64,000 nucleotides of DNA, taken from contig PXOU01000019.1 of assembly GCA_003022365.1 (NCBI GenBank), forward strand, positions 4,157 to 68,156, written 5' to 3'. The first letter of the stretch is position 1, and the number at the start of each line of letters is the position of its first letter. Source of the stretch: Candidatus Saccharibacteria bacterium QS_5_54_17. GTDB taxonomy: Bacteria > Patescibacteriota > Saccharimonadia > QS-5-54-17. Shown here piece by piece: positions 12,372 to 22,527 of the stretch. The notes beneath the pieces were generated by a model. It searched no databases. It had not been told where the DNA came from and saw nothing but the letters and a program-made list of their open reading frames with translations. A program made the position numbers and the translations under genes.

Positions 12372-14101
12372 AGCGCCGCCGGCTGGCTGCCCTCAAGAAT
12401 CACCCAAAACGACCTCGCCTCAGGAAGACTCCGAAAACCGGATCGTGGTGGATGCGCTCCGGCGTAGTGCTTTTGCTGATTTTTACCGCTGCTGGAGTCA
12501 GCGCCCACTGGTGGTATACCCAACCCCGGACCGCTGACGTCGATTACCGACAGTGCCAGATCCAATACGGCCAGATCGTGACCGAATGGGATGGATCTGG
12601 GCAGGAGGAACCTTGGAACGACGACCGCTACCACTATCAAGCACGTCGGTTCAGTCTTCGCGCTCAAGCACCGCCAACCGACTTCCCGAACACGGTCGAA
12701 TCTCCGCCAACCAGAATCGCCACCGGCGGTAAACATGCCTGCCAGGATGGGTTTGATGAAACAGTCAATGTCAGCGGGTCCCGCTATCGATGGCAAGGGT
12801 CCCGAGCTACTGCCATGCGTCTGGGGGTGCCCGCCACGGCGCCTGAAGCCGGATCGGCTTTTGTGTCAGGAGCTACTGAGGCCTCGAGTTCAAGATTGAC
12901 AACCCCGGTTTTCCAGCAGTCCCGGGCAGCCGCGGTCTGGGTGAATGATGGCGGTTCGGCCTTATTGGGCCATGACGGCCAGCTTGCGGAGTGGTGGTGC
13001 ATCAACGGGCGCGGGTGCGGGGATATAGCTGACCAAACGTTCGACGGGCGTCCCATCAGGGGCGGCGGCTACCAATACGTGGCTGATAATTGCCCTTCCG
13101 ATATTAGCTGTAACGGGAGTTGGTATACCCGGGTAGGTACTCCCCAAGTACTGGGGCATACGCAGCAAATGCTGTCTCCGTTCCGTATGCGTTTGTCCGC
13201 CGTATCGACCTACGCCGGCGAGGTGGGAGCCGTGGTCATTGCTACCTTTAAATACCCCAAACAGGTTAGTTTACAAACCAGCTTTCCCCAGCAACCGGAT
13301 TCCGTAACCCCTGGGAAGACGTCTCAACTGAACCTCACCATTCACAAACGGGGCCCAGCTTTGGACGGATTATCCCTCTCGAGTGACACGTCAGATCAGC
13401 CTATCACCTACCCGGATACCGCCCTGAGTCAAAAACAGTTACGGCGCCTGAATACCCAGGACACTGTCACCGTTCCGGTGTCACTGCACACCCGTGAAGT
13501 GGCGCGGCCGGGTTCCTGTTACAAGGTGCAATTTTCCCTTACGGCGGCGGATACCGATACACCGATGGCTGAGCCGGAAACCACACAATGTATCGCCGCT
13601 CCCCCGCGAACTATTGGTTACCAAGTGCGCACACGCGGAGGCGTTACAAGTGATTTGCCTACCTTCACCTCCCGGGTAGCAGCCACTCTGGGGGATCCTC
13701 GCGGGTGGGCGGCAGGCAACATCACATTTGAACGGGTCCCCCGGGGTGGCGATTTTACGCTTTGGCTGGCGGCTCCGGCGGCGGTGGCTGAGTTTTCCAG
13801 TGGTTGCAGCGCTCAGTACAGTTGCCGGGTCGGCTCACACGTTATCATCAACGACTCCCGGTGGCAGAAGGCGACCCCGGCTTGGAGGCAAGCCGGTGGG
13901 AGTTTGCGGAATTATCGGCATATGGTCATCAATCATGAGGTAGGCCACTTTCTGGGGCTCGGACACCGTGCTTGTCCCGGGGAGGGACGTGCTGCCCCGG
14001 TTATGATGCAGCAATCGATTTCTCTGGATGGCTGTCGGTTTCAACCGTGGCCGCTCCCCGGCGAAATTGAGCGCGTAACCCGGGCCCGGCCGGGTTCTTG
14101 A
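12368..14101 (+). CDS. membrane-anchored metzincin-like zinc metallopeptidase (HExxHxxGxxH) with a large Cys-containing extracytoplasmic domain
   Basis: Basic N-terminus plus one TM helix; C-terminal HEVGHFLGLGH followed by a Met-containing turn (PVMMQQ); paired Cys throughout. Confidence 0.7.
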   Translation: MKRRRLAALKNHPKRPRLRKTPKTGSWWMRSGVVLLLIFTAAGVSAHWWYTQPRTADVDYRQCQIQYGQIVTEWDGSGQEEPWNDDRYHYQARRFSLRAQAPPTDFPNTVESPPTRIATGGKHACQDGFDETVNVSGSRYRWQGSRATAMRLGVPATAPEAGSAFVSGATEASSSRLTTPVFQQSRAAAVWVNDGGSALLGHDGQLAEWWCINGRGCGDIADQTFDGRPIRGGGYQYVADNCPSDISCNGSWYTRVGTPQVLGHTQQMLSPFRMRLSAVSTYAGEVGAVVIATFKYPKQVSLQTSFPQQPDSVTPGKTSQLNLTIHKRGPALDGLSLSSDTSDQPITYPDTALSQKQLRRLNTQDTVTVPVSLHTREVARPGSCYKVQFSLTAADTDTPMAEPETTQCIAAPPRTIGYQVRTRGGVTSDLPTFTSRVAATLGDPRGWAAGNITFERVPRGGDFTLWLAAPAAVAEFSSGCSAQYSCRVGSHVIINDSRWQKATPAWRQAGGSLRNYRHMVINHEVGHFLGLGHRACPGEGRAAPVMMQQSISLDGCRFQPWPLPGEIERVTRARPGS

Positions 14102-14125
14102 GGTTTCCAGGGGAATCACTTTAAG

Positions 14126-14155
14126 TTGACATCTGTTTAACAAGGTTGGTATACT
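14126..14155 (+). promoter_or_regulatory. near-consensus promoter TTGACA-18-TATACT upstream of rplC
   Basis: Hexamers at 14126-14131 and 14150-14155; about 100-nt leader holding two GC hairpins (14170-14203, 14206-14227). Confidence 0.55.
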
Positions 14156-14260
14156 CACTCGAGTATTCTCACGCGCACAAGCAGGATTGTAACTGGGCGC
14201 GTGGCTGCCGCGGGGAGATGGGCGGCACGATGGATAGGGCCATGGTAAGAAAGGATACCG

Positions 14261-14863
14261 ATGAAAGCATTACTCGGGCGCAAGCTCGGTATGAGCCAGA
14301 TATTTTCCGAGGACGGGACCGCGACTCCAGTGACGCTGGTCCGGGCGGGACCGTGTACCGTGGTCGGTGTCCGTACGCCGGAAGCCAATGGCTATTCGGC
14401 CGTGCAACTGGGGTTCGAAACAGGTAAACGGACCAAAAAACCCCAACAGGGCCAATTCAGCCAGCTGGAGACTGACCCGGCCTACGTTCGTGAGGTCAGG
14501 GGTGAATATGACGTGCAAGTTGGCAATAAGATCGATGTTGGCAACTTCGCGGTGGGCGATACCCTGACCGTGACCGGCACCAGTAAAGGACGAGGGTTTA
14601 CTGGCACTATCAAACGGCACAATTTCAGCCGTGGCCCCGAGACGCACGGTTCCCGGAATCAACGGCAACCGGGCTCAATCGGGGGTATGTATCCGCAAAA
14701 AGTTTGGAAAGGCAAGAAAATGGCCGGCAGAAGCGGTAATGAAACTGTAACCCAGCAAAACCGCTCCATAGCGGCGGTCGACACCGAAAATAGCCTATTA
14801 GCCATCAAGGGAGCCGTACCTGGTAAGCAAGGTGGGTTGGTGATTCTGAAAGGAGACGAATAA
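14261..14863 (+). CDS. rplC: 50S ribosomal protein L3
   Basis: L3 family sequence (GTSKGRGF.G..KRH). Confidence 0.95.
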   Translation: MKALLGRKLGMSQIFSEDGTATPVTLVRAGPCTVVGVRTPEANGYSAVQLGFETGKRTKKPQQGQFSQLETDPAYVREVRGEYDVQVGNKIDVGNFAVGDTLTVTGTSKGRGFTGTIKRHNFSRGPETHGSRNQRQPGSIGGMYPQKVWKGKKMAGRSGNETVTQQNRSIAAVDTENSLLAIKGAVPGKQGGLVILKGDE

Positions 14864-15501
14864 TGGCCACCGCGCCGACATTCACCAAGACCGGCAACGC
14901 CTCTTCGCGGAACACCACCCTTCCGGAAACGGTGTTTTCAGTCTCTTCTGTTTCTCATGATCTATTGCACCAGGCCTACACTATCCAGCGTTCCCACCAG
15001 CATGCCCGCGGTGCTCACACCAAAACGCGCGGTGATGTACGTGCCAGTGGCCGAAAAATCAAACCCCAGAAGTATACGGGTGGAGCCCGGGCTGGCACGA
15101 GCACCTCTCCCATGCGCCGCGGCGGCGGGGTCGCGTTCGGACCCCAAGGCAACCAAGCCCGCCGCAAACAGATGAACAAATCAGCAAAGCGGGCGGCTCT
15201 TCGGCACGCTTTGACGCTGCGGGCACAGGAAGCATCAGTTATCGTCGTAGAAGATTTCGCCTTCGATGGCAAAACCAAAACCGCTCGTGGCTTACTGGAT
15301 GCTTTGGGAGTAGGTCCCGTCGTGACGTGTGTCATCGCCCAACGCGACCCCTACGTGCAGCGAAGTCTGCGGAATATTCCCGACGCACTTTTAACGGACG
15401 CGGCTTCCCTGAATGTGGCCGACGTCCTCGACGCGGACTTTGTCATATTTACCCGGAAGGGTCTGGAAGCGTTGCAGCAGCGAATGGAGGTATCGTCATG
15501 A
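14863..15501 (+). CDS. rplD: 50S ribosomal protein L4
   Basis: L4 family; start overlaps the rplC stop. Confidence 0.93.
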   Translation: MATAPTFTKTGNASSRNTTLPETVFSVSSVSHDLLHQAYTIQRSHQHARGAHTKTRGDVRASGRKIKPQKYTGGARAGTSTSPMRRGGGVAFGPQGNQARRKQMNKSAKRAALRHALTLRAQEASVIVVEDFAFDGKTKTARGLLDALGVGPVVTCVIAQRDPYVQRSLRNIPDALLTDAASLNVADVLDADFVIFTRKGLEALQQRMEVSS

Positions 15502-15791
15502 TTGTGCGCCCGGTTATCTCGGAAAAAGCAATCGCCCAAACCGACGAGCAAAATACCTACCTGTTTTATGTGCCGCTTTCGGCCAACAAACCCGCGGTGG
15601 CCCGGGAAGTAGCCCAGCGCTTCGATGTTACGGTGACCGGAGTGCGAACTGCTGTCTTGAAGGGTAAATCGAAGGGTGTGCCGGTTCGCCGCGGCCGGAA
15701 GTTAATATCAGGCCGTCGAGACGACATGAAAAAAGCCTACGTCACGCTCGGGGAAGGTGATAGTATATCCATGTTTGAGGGGAGTGAATAA
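15498..15791 (+). CDS. rplW: 50S ribosomal protein L23
   Basis: Internal ATG at 15498 of ORF 15327..15791; L23-like MIVRPVISEKA. Confidence 0.9.
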   Translation: MIVRPVISEKAIAQTDEQNTYLFYVPLSANKPAVAREVAQRFDVTVTGVRTAVLKGKSKGVPVRRGRKLISGRRDDMKKAYVTLGEGDSISMFEGSE

Positions 15792-16621
15792 TGGCCGTGG
15801 AGAAATATAAGCCGACTACACCTGCACGTCGGGACATGAATGCCGAGGACACTTCTTCGCTCACCCGGAGCCGCCCATCCAAAAATCTGACCCGGGCGCA
15901 TAAAAGCCGGTCTGGGCGGAGCAATCACGGCAGCATAACTATGCGGCGGCGCGGCGGCGGTGCCAAGCGTCGATATCGGCCGGTGGACTTTGATCTTGCT
16001 CCTGGTACTGATGCGGTCGTGGAGGCTATTGAATATGACCCCAACCGGACCAGCCATATAGCGTTGATTAGACATGCGGACGGAAGCCAGGCCTATGTAT
16101 TAGCCGGTAATCGCATGAGTGTGGGGGATCGGATCCAAGCAGGTGAGGATGCTCCGGTTGCCCAAGGCAACCGGATGCCGCTGGGGCAGATACCACTGGG
16201 AAGTAATGTATATAACGTAGAAGTCACCCAAGGTAAGGGCGGTCAACTGGCGCGCGGCGCCGGTGCCCGGGCACGGGTTACTTCACGGGGAGAAGACTCT
16301 GTCTATGTGCAGCTTCCCAGCGGTGAAGTCCGCTTGATACACCGGGGTTGTTACGCTACACTAGGTACCGTTGGTAACGAGCAGCACCAGAACGTCAAGG
16401 TCGGAAATGCCGGGCGGAACCGCCGAAAAGGGAGACGACCGAGTGTTCGTGGTAAAGCAATGAACCCTGCCGACCATCCGATGGGTGGCGGTGAAGGATT
16501 AACCAGACCGGGAAGACTCCCCCGTACTCCGTGGGGTAAGCCCGCCATCGGTAAGAAAACCCGTCATCGCCAGCGCGGTAATGATGCCATCGTCCGGAGA
16601 CGGACAAAGAAGAGGAAGTAA
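15791..16621 (+). CDS. rplB: 50S ribosomal protein L2
   Basis: L2 family, 276 aa. Confidence 0.96.
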   Translation: MAVEKYKPTTPARRDMNAEDTSSLTRSRPSKNLTRAHKSRSGRSNHGSITMRRRGGGAKRRYRPVDFDLAPGTDAVVEAIEYDPNRTSHIALIRHADGSQAYVLAGNRMSVGDRIQAGEDAPVAQGNRMPLGQIPLGSNVYNVEVTQGKGGQLARGAGARARVTSRGEDSVYVQLPSGEVRLIHRGCYATLGTVGNEQHQNVKVGNAGRNRRKGRRPSVRGKAMNPADHPMGGGEGLTRPGRLPRTPWGKPAIGKKTRHRQRGNDAIVRRRTKKRK

Positions 16622-16741
16622 TATGCAGACGGCCTATAATGGAGCAGATACCACCTATAGAGAATTGATCGGCAGTCAAGTTGGCCGTGTTGGCAACGAA
16701 GGAGGCGAAAGCTACTTTATGCCCCGGATCGGAGGTTGGCG

Positions 16742-17017
16742 ATGAGTCGATCACTTAAGAAGGGTCCCTACATTGATCAGCGCCTGCAGCGGAAAGTGGA
16801 AGCTTTGGACCCCGCGGATAAAACCGTTATCAAGACCTGGGCTCGAGCAGCCACTATCACTCCGGAAATGGTCGGCAAAACCATCGCGGTACATAACGGC
16901 AAAGTCCATGTGCCGGTGTTGATTACCGAGAATATGGTCGGACACAAGTTAGGCGAATTCGCCCCCACCCGGAAATTCAAAGGCCACGGTGGCAAGCTCG
17001 CCAAGGGAGAGAAATGA
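16742..17017 (+). CDS. rpsS: 30S ribosomal protein S19
   Basis: [12 protein letters not shown]; GGAGG 7 nt upstream of ATG 16742 (ORF track start 16736 is a TTG). Confidence 0.93.
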   Translation: MSRSLKKGPYIDQRLQRKVEALDPADKTVIKTWARAATITPEMVGKTIAVHNGKVHVPVLITENMVGHKLGEFAPTRKFKGHGGKLAKGEK

Positions 17018-17373
17018 TGAAAGCTATCGCCAAAGGCGTACGGGTTCCCCCCAGAAAGATGAATGTGGTCGCTTCACTGGTCAGGCGGCGCAGCGTGAAT
17101 GACGCGCTCACCATTCTTGAACATACGCCCCGCCAAGCAGCGGTGCATTTGCGGGATGTCGTCAAAAGTGCCGCCGCCAACGCCGAGCATAACGACAAAT
17201 ACGAGACCGACCAATTGCAGATCGATGCCATAGAAGTCAATACGGGAGGTATGATTGTCAGGGGTCGCCCCGCTGCCAAAACCAACTTCCGTCCTCACCG
17301 GCATCGGTTGAGTAATGTCACGGTCAAACTGGGGGTGTTGCCCCATACAGGAGCGGAATCCGATGGGGCATAA
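17014..17373 (+). CDS. rplV: 50S ribosomal protein L22
   Basis: L22 family; overlaps the rpsS stop. Confidence 0.93.
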   Translation: MMKAIAKGVRVPPRKMNVVASLVRRRSVNDALTILEHTPRQAAVHLRDVVKSAAANAEHNDKYETDQLQIDAIEVNTGGMIVRGRPAAKTNFRPHRHRLSNVTVKLGVLPHTGAESDGA

Positions 17374-17989
17374 AGTCAATCCAACCAGTTTCCGGCTGCC
17401 GCTTCAAAAGGACTGGCAATCCAAATGGATCGCCAGTAAGCAAGATTATGCCCGGGCCGTAGCGGAAGATATGCAGATCCGCCAACTGGTGCAGCAACAT
17501 TTGGGTCGCCGGGCAGCCATCGACCGGATAGAAATCCAGCGTTCGCCGGGCAGCGTCAACACCACCATTTATACTGCCCGGCCGGGGGTGGTAATCGGCC
17601 GCGGCGGCGGCGGCGTCGAAGAGTTGAAGCAAAAACTGGCCACACAAATCGATTCCCCGCTGAATCTGAATATCGAAGAGGTCAAGCAACCTGAACTCAG
17701 AGCCCAGTTAGTAGCCGACAATATCGCCAACCAGCTGGAAAAACGTACCTCATTCCGCCGGGCTATAAAATCTGCTTCGGACAGTACGATGCGCGCCGGC
17801 GCCCAAGGCGTCAAAATCAGCGTTTCCGGTCGACTGAACGGTGCCGACATGGCCCGGACGCAGCAGGAAGTAGAAGGAAGTATACCGCTCCACACCTTAC
17901 GGGCTGAAATCGATTACGCCCAGGCCGACGCGGTAACTACTTACGGCACCATAGGGGTTAAAGTCTGGATTTACCGGGGCGAGGTGTAG
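17363..17989 (+). CDS. rpsC: 30S ribosomal protein S3
   Basis: MGHKVNP start (internal ATG of ORF 17315..17989); KH domain motifs. Confidence 0.94.
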   Translation: MGHKVNPTSFRLPLQKDWQSKWIASKQDYARAVAEDMQIRQLVQQHLGRRAAIDRIEIQRSPGSVNTTIYTARPGVVIGRGGGGVEELKQKLATQIDSPLNLNIEEVKQPELRAQLVADNIANQLEKRTSFRRAIKSASDSTMRAGAQGVKISVSGRLNGADMARTQQEVEGSIPLHTLRAEIDYAQADAVTTYGTIGVKVWIYRGEV

Positions 17990-17992
17990 GTT

Positions 17993-18421
17993 ATGTTATT
18001 GCCGAAAAAGACCAAATACCGCAAAGCAATGACAGGCCGAATCCAGGGTGTTGCCCAGCGTGGCAATCAACTCAGCTTTGGCTCTTATGGGTTGCAAGCC
18101 CAGACTGGCGAACGGGTGACGTCCCGGCAAATCGAGGCAGCCCGCCGGGCCATGACCCGGTATGTAAAACGCGGCGGTAAGATATGGATCCGGATATTTC
18201 CCGACGTGCCGGTTACCCGGAAAGGTGAAGAAATGCCCATGGGAAGCGGAAAAGGCGCCCCGGAGTTCTTTGTCGCCCGAGTACGGCCGGGTACCGTTAT
18301 GTTTGAAATGGCCGGCGTGGATGAAAAAACGGCCCGGGAAGCTATGCGGCTGGGCGGACACAAACTCCCGGTCAAGACGAAGTTCCTGACCCGGAGTACG
18401 CCAGGGGAGACGGAAACGTGA
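17993..18421 (+). CDS. rplP: 50S ribosomal protein L16
   Basis: [11 protein letters not shown] signature. Confidence 0.95.
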   Translation: MLLPKKTKYRKAMTGRIQGVAQRGNQLSFGSYGLQAQTGERVTSRQIEAARRAMTRYVKRGGKIWIRIFPDVPVTRKGEEMPMGSGKGAPEFFVARVRPGTVMFEMAGVDEKTAREAMRLGGHKLPVKTKFLTRSTPGETET

Positions 18422-18606
18422 AAACCGAAGAATTACGCCAGCAATCCACCGAAGAGCTCACCCAGCAGCTTGCCAAAGACGAGGCGGATCTGGCAGACTT
18501 TACGGTTGATGTCAGGACCAAAGAAGTGGATGATATCCGCCGCGGCCGCCGGCTGCGGAAGGAGATTGCCCGCATCAAGACAATTATTCGAGAGAGGGAG
18601 CTCTAA
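18418..18606 (+). CDS. rpmC: 50S ribosomal protein L29
   Basis: GTG start; L29-like helical protein between L16 and S17. Confidence 0.85.
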   Translation: MKTEELRQQSTEELTQQLAKDEADLADFTVDVRTKEVDDIRRGRRLRKEIARIKTIIREREL

Positions 18607-18854
18607 TGGCGAGAACAATGACCGGAACGGTGGTATCCAACAGTATGGACAAGACGGTTACCGTGGCGGTCGATCGGGTGAAAATGCACCGGATTTACCA
18701 GAAACGCTACACGGCTACGAGTACCTTCTTAGCTCACGACGGAGACGAGGCCTGCAACAAAGGGGATCGGGTGGTCATCGAAGAGACGCGGCCATTGAGT
18801 AAACGGAAGCGGTGGCAGGTAAAAAGTATAGTTGAGAAGGCGCAGTTGGCATGA
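18606..18854 (+). CDS. rpsQ: 30S ribosomal protein S17
   Basis: S17 family, 82 aa. Confidence 0.9.
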   Translation: MARTMTGTVVSNSMDKTVTVAVDRVKMHRIYQKRYTATSTFLAHDGDEACNKGDRVVIEETRPLSKRKRWQVKSIVEKAQLA

Positions 18855-19219
18855 TACAGCAGGAAACCAGTCTCAGAGTAGCCGACAACAGCGGCGCCCG
18901 CCAAGTACGGTGCATTAAAGTGCTGGGCGGGAGTAGACGCCGGTATGCCCGGCTGGGGGATGTGTTTATCGGGAGCGTTACGTCGGCAACTCCCGGGGCC
19001 TCTGTTAGCAAAAAAGATGTGGTCCGGGCGGTCGTGGTCCGTTCCAGTGATATTACCCAACGTCATGACGGGTCATCGATACGGTTTGATGAAAACGCGG
19101 CAGTAGTTATAGATTCGGGGAAAAACCCGCGAGGAAGCCGAGTCTTCGGCCCCATCGCCCGCGAACTCAGAGACAAGAAGTTCAGCAAAATCATTTCATT
19201 GGCACCGGAGGTGTTATGA
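18851..19219 (+). CDS. rplN: 50S ribosomal protein L14
   Basis: [16 protein letters not shown] signature. Confidence 0.95.
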   Translation: MIQQETSLRVADNSGARQVRCIKVLGGSRRRYARLGDVFIGSVTSATPGASVSKKDVVRAVVVRSSDITQRHDGSSIRFDENAAVVIDSGKNPRGSRVFGPIARELRDKKFSKIISLAPEVL

Positions 19220-19536
19220 AAATCAAGAAAGGCGATACCGTGCTGGTGCGCGCCGGCAAAGATAAAGGGAAAACCGGAACCGTGACCAGAGTCCATCCAG
19301 ATTTGAATAAAGTTGAAGTCGATGGTATAAATGTTGTTAAGCGACACCTGAAACCGTCCCAGAGTAATCCCAAAGGCGGCATCGTGGAAGCCAATGCTCC
19401 CATAGATGTGAGCAATGTCGGCCTGGTCAATCCTGACGACAAAGACCGGAGCAGCCGCGTGGGGTTCCAGTACAAGGATGGAGAGAAGGTGCGTGTCTAT
19501 CGCCAAGCTGATAACAAGGAAGTCAAAAGCGAATGA
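19216..19536 (+). CDS. rplX: 50S ribosomal protein L24
   Basis: [16 protein letters not shown] signature. Confidence 0.9.
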   Translation: MKIKKGDTVLVRAGKDKGKTGTVTRVHPDLNKVEVDGINVVKRHLKPSQSNPKGGIVEANAPIDVSNVGLVNPDDKDRSSRVGFQYKDGEKVRVYRQADNKEVKSE

Positions 19537-20081
19537 GTAGATTGTTGGATCACTACCACAACCAGGTGATGTCTGATTTGCAGTCCCAATTCGGGATTCA
19601 TAACGTGCATCAGACTCCCCAGCTGGAGAAAATCGTATTAAACGTTGGTGCTGGGCGATCTATTCAGGATTCCCGCATGTTGGATACTGCCGTTAACACC
19701 TTGCGTAAAATTACCGGACAACAGCCGGTTAAAACGGTGGCCAAGCACAGTGTGGCCGGTTTTAAATTACGACAAGGCCAACCTATCGGCGCCAAAGTTA
19801 CCTTACGCGGGGATCGCATGTATGAATTTCTGGATCGATTAATTACCGTGGTTTTGCCGAGAACCCGGGATTTCCGGGGATTGTCGGGCGCCTCATTCGA
19901 CCCCGATGGCAATTACAGTCTGGGTATCGCCGACCAGAGCGTATTCCCGGAACTTTCCTATGAAGATTGCCAGCTGACGCACGGGATGCAAGTGAATATC
20001 ATCACCAACAGTAACGCCGAGCAATCCTACGCTTTGCTATCAGCTTTCGGGTTGCCGTTTGAGAGGAGTGATCGTGGCTAG
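19533..20081 (+). CDS. rplE: 50S ribosomal protein L5
   Basis: L5 family, 182 aa. Confidence 0.95.
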   Translation: MSRLLDHYHNQVMSDLQSQFGIHNVHQTPQLEKIVLNVGAGRSIQDSRMLDTAVNTLRKITGQQPVKTVAKHSVAGFKLRQGQPIGAKVTLRGDRMYEFLDRLITVVLPRTRDFRGLSGASFDPDGNYSLGIADQSVFPELSYEDCQLTHGMQVNIITNSNAEQSYALLSAFGLPFERSDRG

Positions 20082-20259
20082 AAAAGCGCTTTGGGTGAAA
20101 GCCGGCAAAAAGGCCAAATACCCGACTCGGCAGGTCAATCGGTGTAACCGATGCGGGCGTTCCCGTTCTTATATGCGCCGGTTCGGATTGTGCCGAATAT
20201 GCTTCCGGGAATTAGCCAGCCAAGGCAAATTGCCGGGTGTAAAGAAAGCGAGCCGATAA
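20074..20259 (+). CDS. rpsN: 30S ribosomal protein S14, zinc-binding type Z
   Basis: GTG start; 61 aa; CxxC..CxxC (CNRCGR...CRIC). Confidence 0.88.
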   Translation: MARKALWVKAGKKAKYPTRQVNRCNRCGRSRSYMRRFGLCRICFRELASQGKLPGVKKASR

Positions 20260-20645
20260 TGTTCGACCCCATAGCTGATATGCTGACCAGAATCAGGAAC
20301 GCTGCCGCCGTCGGAAAGACTTGGGTGGATGTACCCTATTCCAAACCCAAAGCAGCTATCGCTGACGTGCTCACCCGTCATGGCTACCTTACCGGTTACG
20401 AGGTAACCGAGGACAACAAGCCGGTTGTTCGTCTGCAACTCGGCGAAGAAGACCGGCCGAATCCGATTACCGAGCTGCACCGTGTTTCCAAACCCGGGCG
20501 CCGAGTATATACGCCGGCGGAAGACATACCGACCGTGTTACGCGGCAGGGGTATGGTGATACTTTCCACATCCAGTGGTATCATGAGTGGCGCCCAAGCA
20601 CGCCAACAGGGAGTCGGCGGTGAAATAATGTGTAAGGTGTGGTAA
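20259..20645 (+). CDS. rpsH: 30S ribosomal protein S8
   Basis: [15 protein letters not shown] signature; internal ATG of ORF 20151..20645. Confidence 0.93.
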   Translation: MFDPIADMLTRIRNAAAVGKTWVDVPYSKPKAAIADVLTRHGYLTGYEVTEDNKPVVRLQLGEEDRPNPITELHRVSKPGRRVYTPAEDIPTVLRGRGMVILSTSSGIMSGAQARQQGVGGEIMCKVW

Positions 20646-20754
20646 TGAAGATGGCAACCGGTAATCCCTCAACTTCGTCAACAACGGCTGTCCGGCACAC
20701 GGTCCGGGTCTCCGTGGCCATGAGCCTCGTGTTCCGGCAACCGGAGGTTACCCG

Positions 20755-21297
20755 ATGAGTCGTATCGGCGTATTACCCATCGATACTCCTGATAGTGCCG
20801 ACGTCTCAATTGACAATAACGCCGTGCACGTCAGCGGCCCCAAAGGCGAACTTAGTATTTCCGTGCTTTCGGGGACGAAGGTATCCCAGGAAGCAGGGCA
20901 GATTCTGGTATCCCGGCGCGATGACGGCTCCCTCGCCAAAGAACGTCACGGCCTGATGCGGACATTGATTGCCAACGCGGTCCACGGGGTTACCGAAGGC
21001 TTTCGCAAATCTTTGGAAATCAACGGGGTCGGATTCAGAGCCCAAGTGGAGGGCGATGTAGTGGTGTTGCACATCGGCTACTCCCAGCCCCGGCGCGTCA
21101 GGCTACCTGAAGGCATAAGTGCCAGCGTCGAGGACAATACCCTTACGATCAGCGGCGCCGATAAACAATTGGTCGGGCAAGTGGCCGCCAACATTAGGAG
21201 TCTGCGACCGCCCGAACCATACAAAGGAAAAGGCATATCCTACAGCGATGAGCATGTCCGCCGCAAAGCGGGTAAAACGGCAGGAGCGGGTAAATGA
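20755..21297 (+). CDS. rplF: 50S ribosomal protein L6
   Basis: L6 family; preceded by an unusual 110-nt spacer. Confidence 0.93.
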   Translation: MSRIGVLPIDTPDSADVSIDNNAVHVSGPKGELSISVLSGTKVSQEAGQILVSRRDDGSLAKERHGLMRTLIANAVHGVTEGFRKSLEINGVGFRAQVEGDVVVLHIGYSQPRRVRLPEGISASVEDNTLTISGADKQLVGQVAANIRSLRPPEPYKGKGISYSDEHVRRKAGKTAGAGK

Positions 21298-21623
21298 GTG
21301 TCACCAGCAGGCTGGCTAGAACCAAACAGCAGATCCGCGGCGACTGGAGTCGCCCGCGTTTGAGCGTGACGATTTCCAACGCGCACGTCTACGCCCAGAT
21401 TATAGACGACCGTGTAGGCCATACGCTGGCCTTTAGCTCTTCCTCCGCTGCCGGGATAACTGGTAGCATGACCGAAAAAGCCCAGTGGGTGGGCAGTGAC
21501 ATTGCCCAAAAAGCCCGGGAAGCCGGTGTCAGCCAGATTATATTTGATCGCCGAAGCAGAAAGTTCCACGGGCGGGTGGCGGCATTAGCCCAAGCTGCCC
21601 GTGAACACGGATTGGAGTTTTAG
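21294..21623 (+). CDS. rplR: 50S ribosomal protein L18
   Basis: L18 family. Confidence 0.9.
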   Translation: MSVTSRLARTKQQIRGDWSRPRLSVTISNAHVYAQIIDDRVGHTLAFSSSSAAGITGSMTEKAQWVGSDIAQKAREAGVSQIIFDRRSRKFHGRVAALAQAAREHGLEF

Positions 21624-22097
21624 ATGCAGACGGAAGAAACACAGCAGCAGTACCAGGAACGAGTCGTCAATGTGGATCGGGTTGCCCGGGTCGTCAAAGG
21701 CGGCCGGCGGTTTCGTTTCCGGGCACTGGTGGTGGTCGGCGACCAGAATGGACGCGTCGGAGTCGGACTTGCCAAGAGCGACGATGTAACTACCGCAGTT
21801 TCCAAAGCTTCCGGCCAGGCCAAAAAGCATTTTATCCAGATTCCGGTCGAAGAGGGAACCATACCCCATACCGTGGAAGCCAAGCACTCCGGCGGGCACG
21901 TACTCCTGAAACCGGCCGGACCGGGGACTGGAGTTATTGCCGGCGGCGCCATCCGTGATATAGCCGAGATGGCCGGGTTGCGTAATGTTCTGACCAAATC
22001 ACTGGGATCACCGAATAAAATCAATATCAGTTACGCCACCATTGATGCCCTCGGAAAAATAATTCCCAGTCCGGAGGTTAGCCATGAAAATACATGA
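21624..22097 (+). CDS. rpsE: 30S ribosomal protein S5
   Basis: S5 family; overlaps the rplO start, no L30 gene between. Confidence 0.94.
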   Translation: MQTEETQQQYQERVVNVDRVARVVKGGRRFRFRALVVVGDQNGRVGVGLAKSDDVTTAVSKASGQAKKHFIQIPVEEGTIPHTVEAKHSGGHVLLKPAGPGTGVIAGGAIRDIAEMAGLRNVLTKSLGSPNKINISYATIDALGKIIPSPEVSHENT

Positions 22098-22527
22098 ATT
22101 GCGGGTCACCGGGAAGAAATCGCCCAAACGTGTCGGACGCGGCGACGCCAGCGGCTTAGGCACCACCTCAGGCCGTGGTGATAATGGACAAAATTCCCGC
22201 AGCGGCGGCGGGGTCACCCCGGGTTTTGAAGGAGGGCAAACCCCGATCGCCAAACGCATTCCCAAGGCTCGAGGATTCAAGCGAGCCTCCGCCAAGCCGG
22301 TCCTGGTGCATACCGATCAACTCAACGCGTTTGCCGATGGTGCTGAGATTGACAAGGCAGCGCTGGCACAGGCGGGGATCATCAAATCTCCTACGGCTTC
22401 CGTAAAATTATTACGCCGCGGGGAGGTCTCGGTTTCCGTCCATGTCTGTGTTGACAGCGTTAGTGCTGGTGCCCGGGCAGCGGTGGAACAAGCCGGCGGC
22501 ACGACCGAACAAGGGTGGCAGGAGTAG
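22084..22527 (+). CDS. rplO: 50S ribosomal protein L15
   Basis: Gly-rich L15 N-terminus. Confidence 0.92.
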   Translation: MKIHELRVTGKKSPKRVGRGDASGLGTTSGRGDNGQNSRSGGGVTPGFEGGQTPIAKRIPKARGFKRASAKPVLVHTDQLNAFADGAEIDKAALAQAGIIKSPTASVKLLRRGEVSVSVHVCVDSVSAGARAAVEQAGGTTEQGWQE

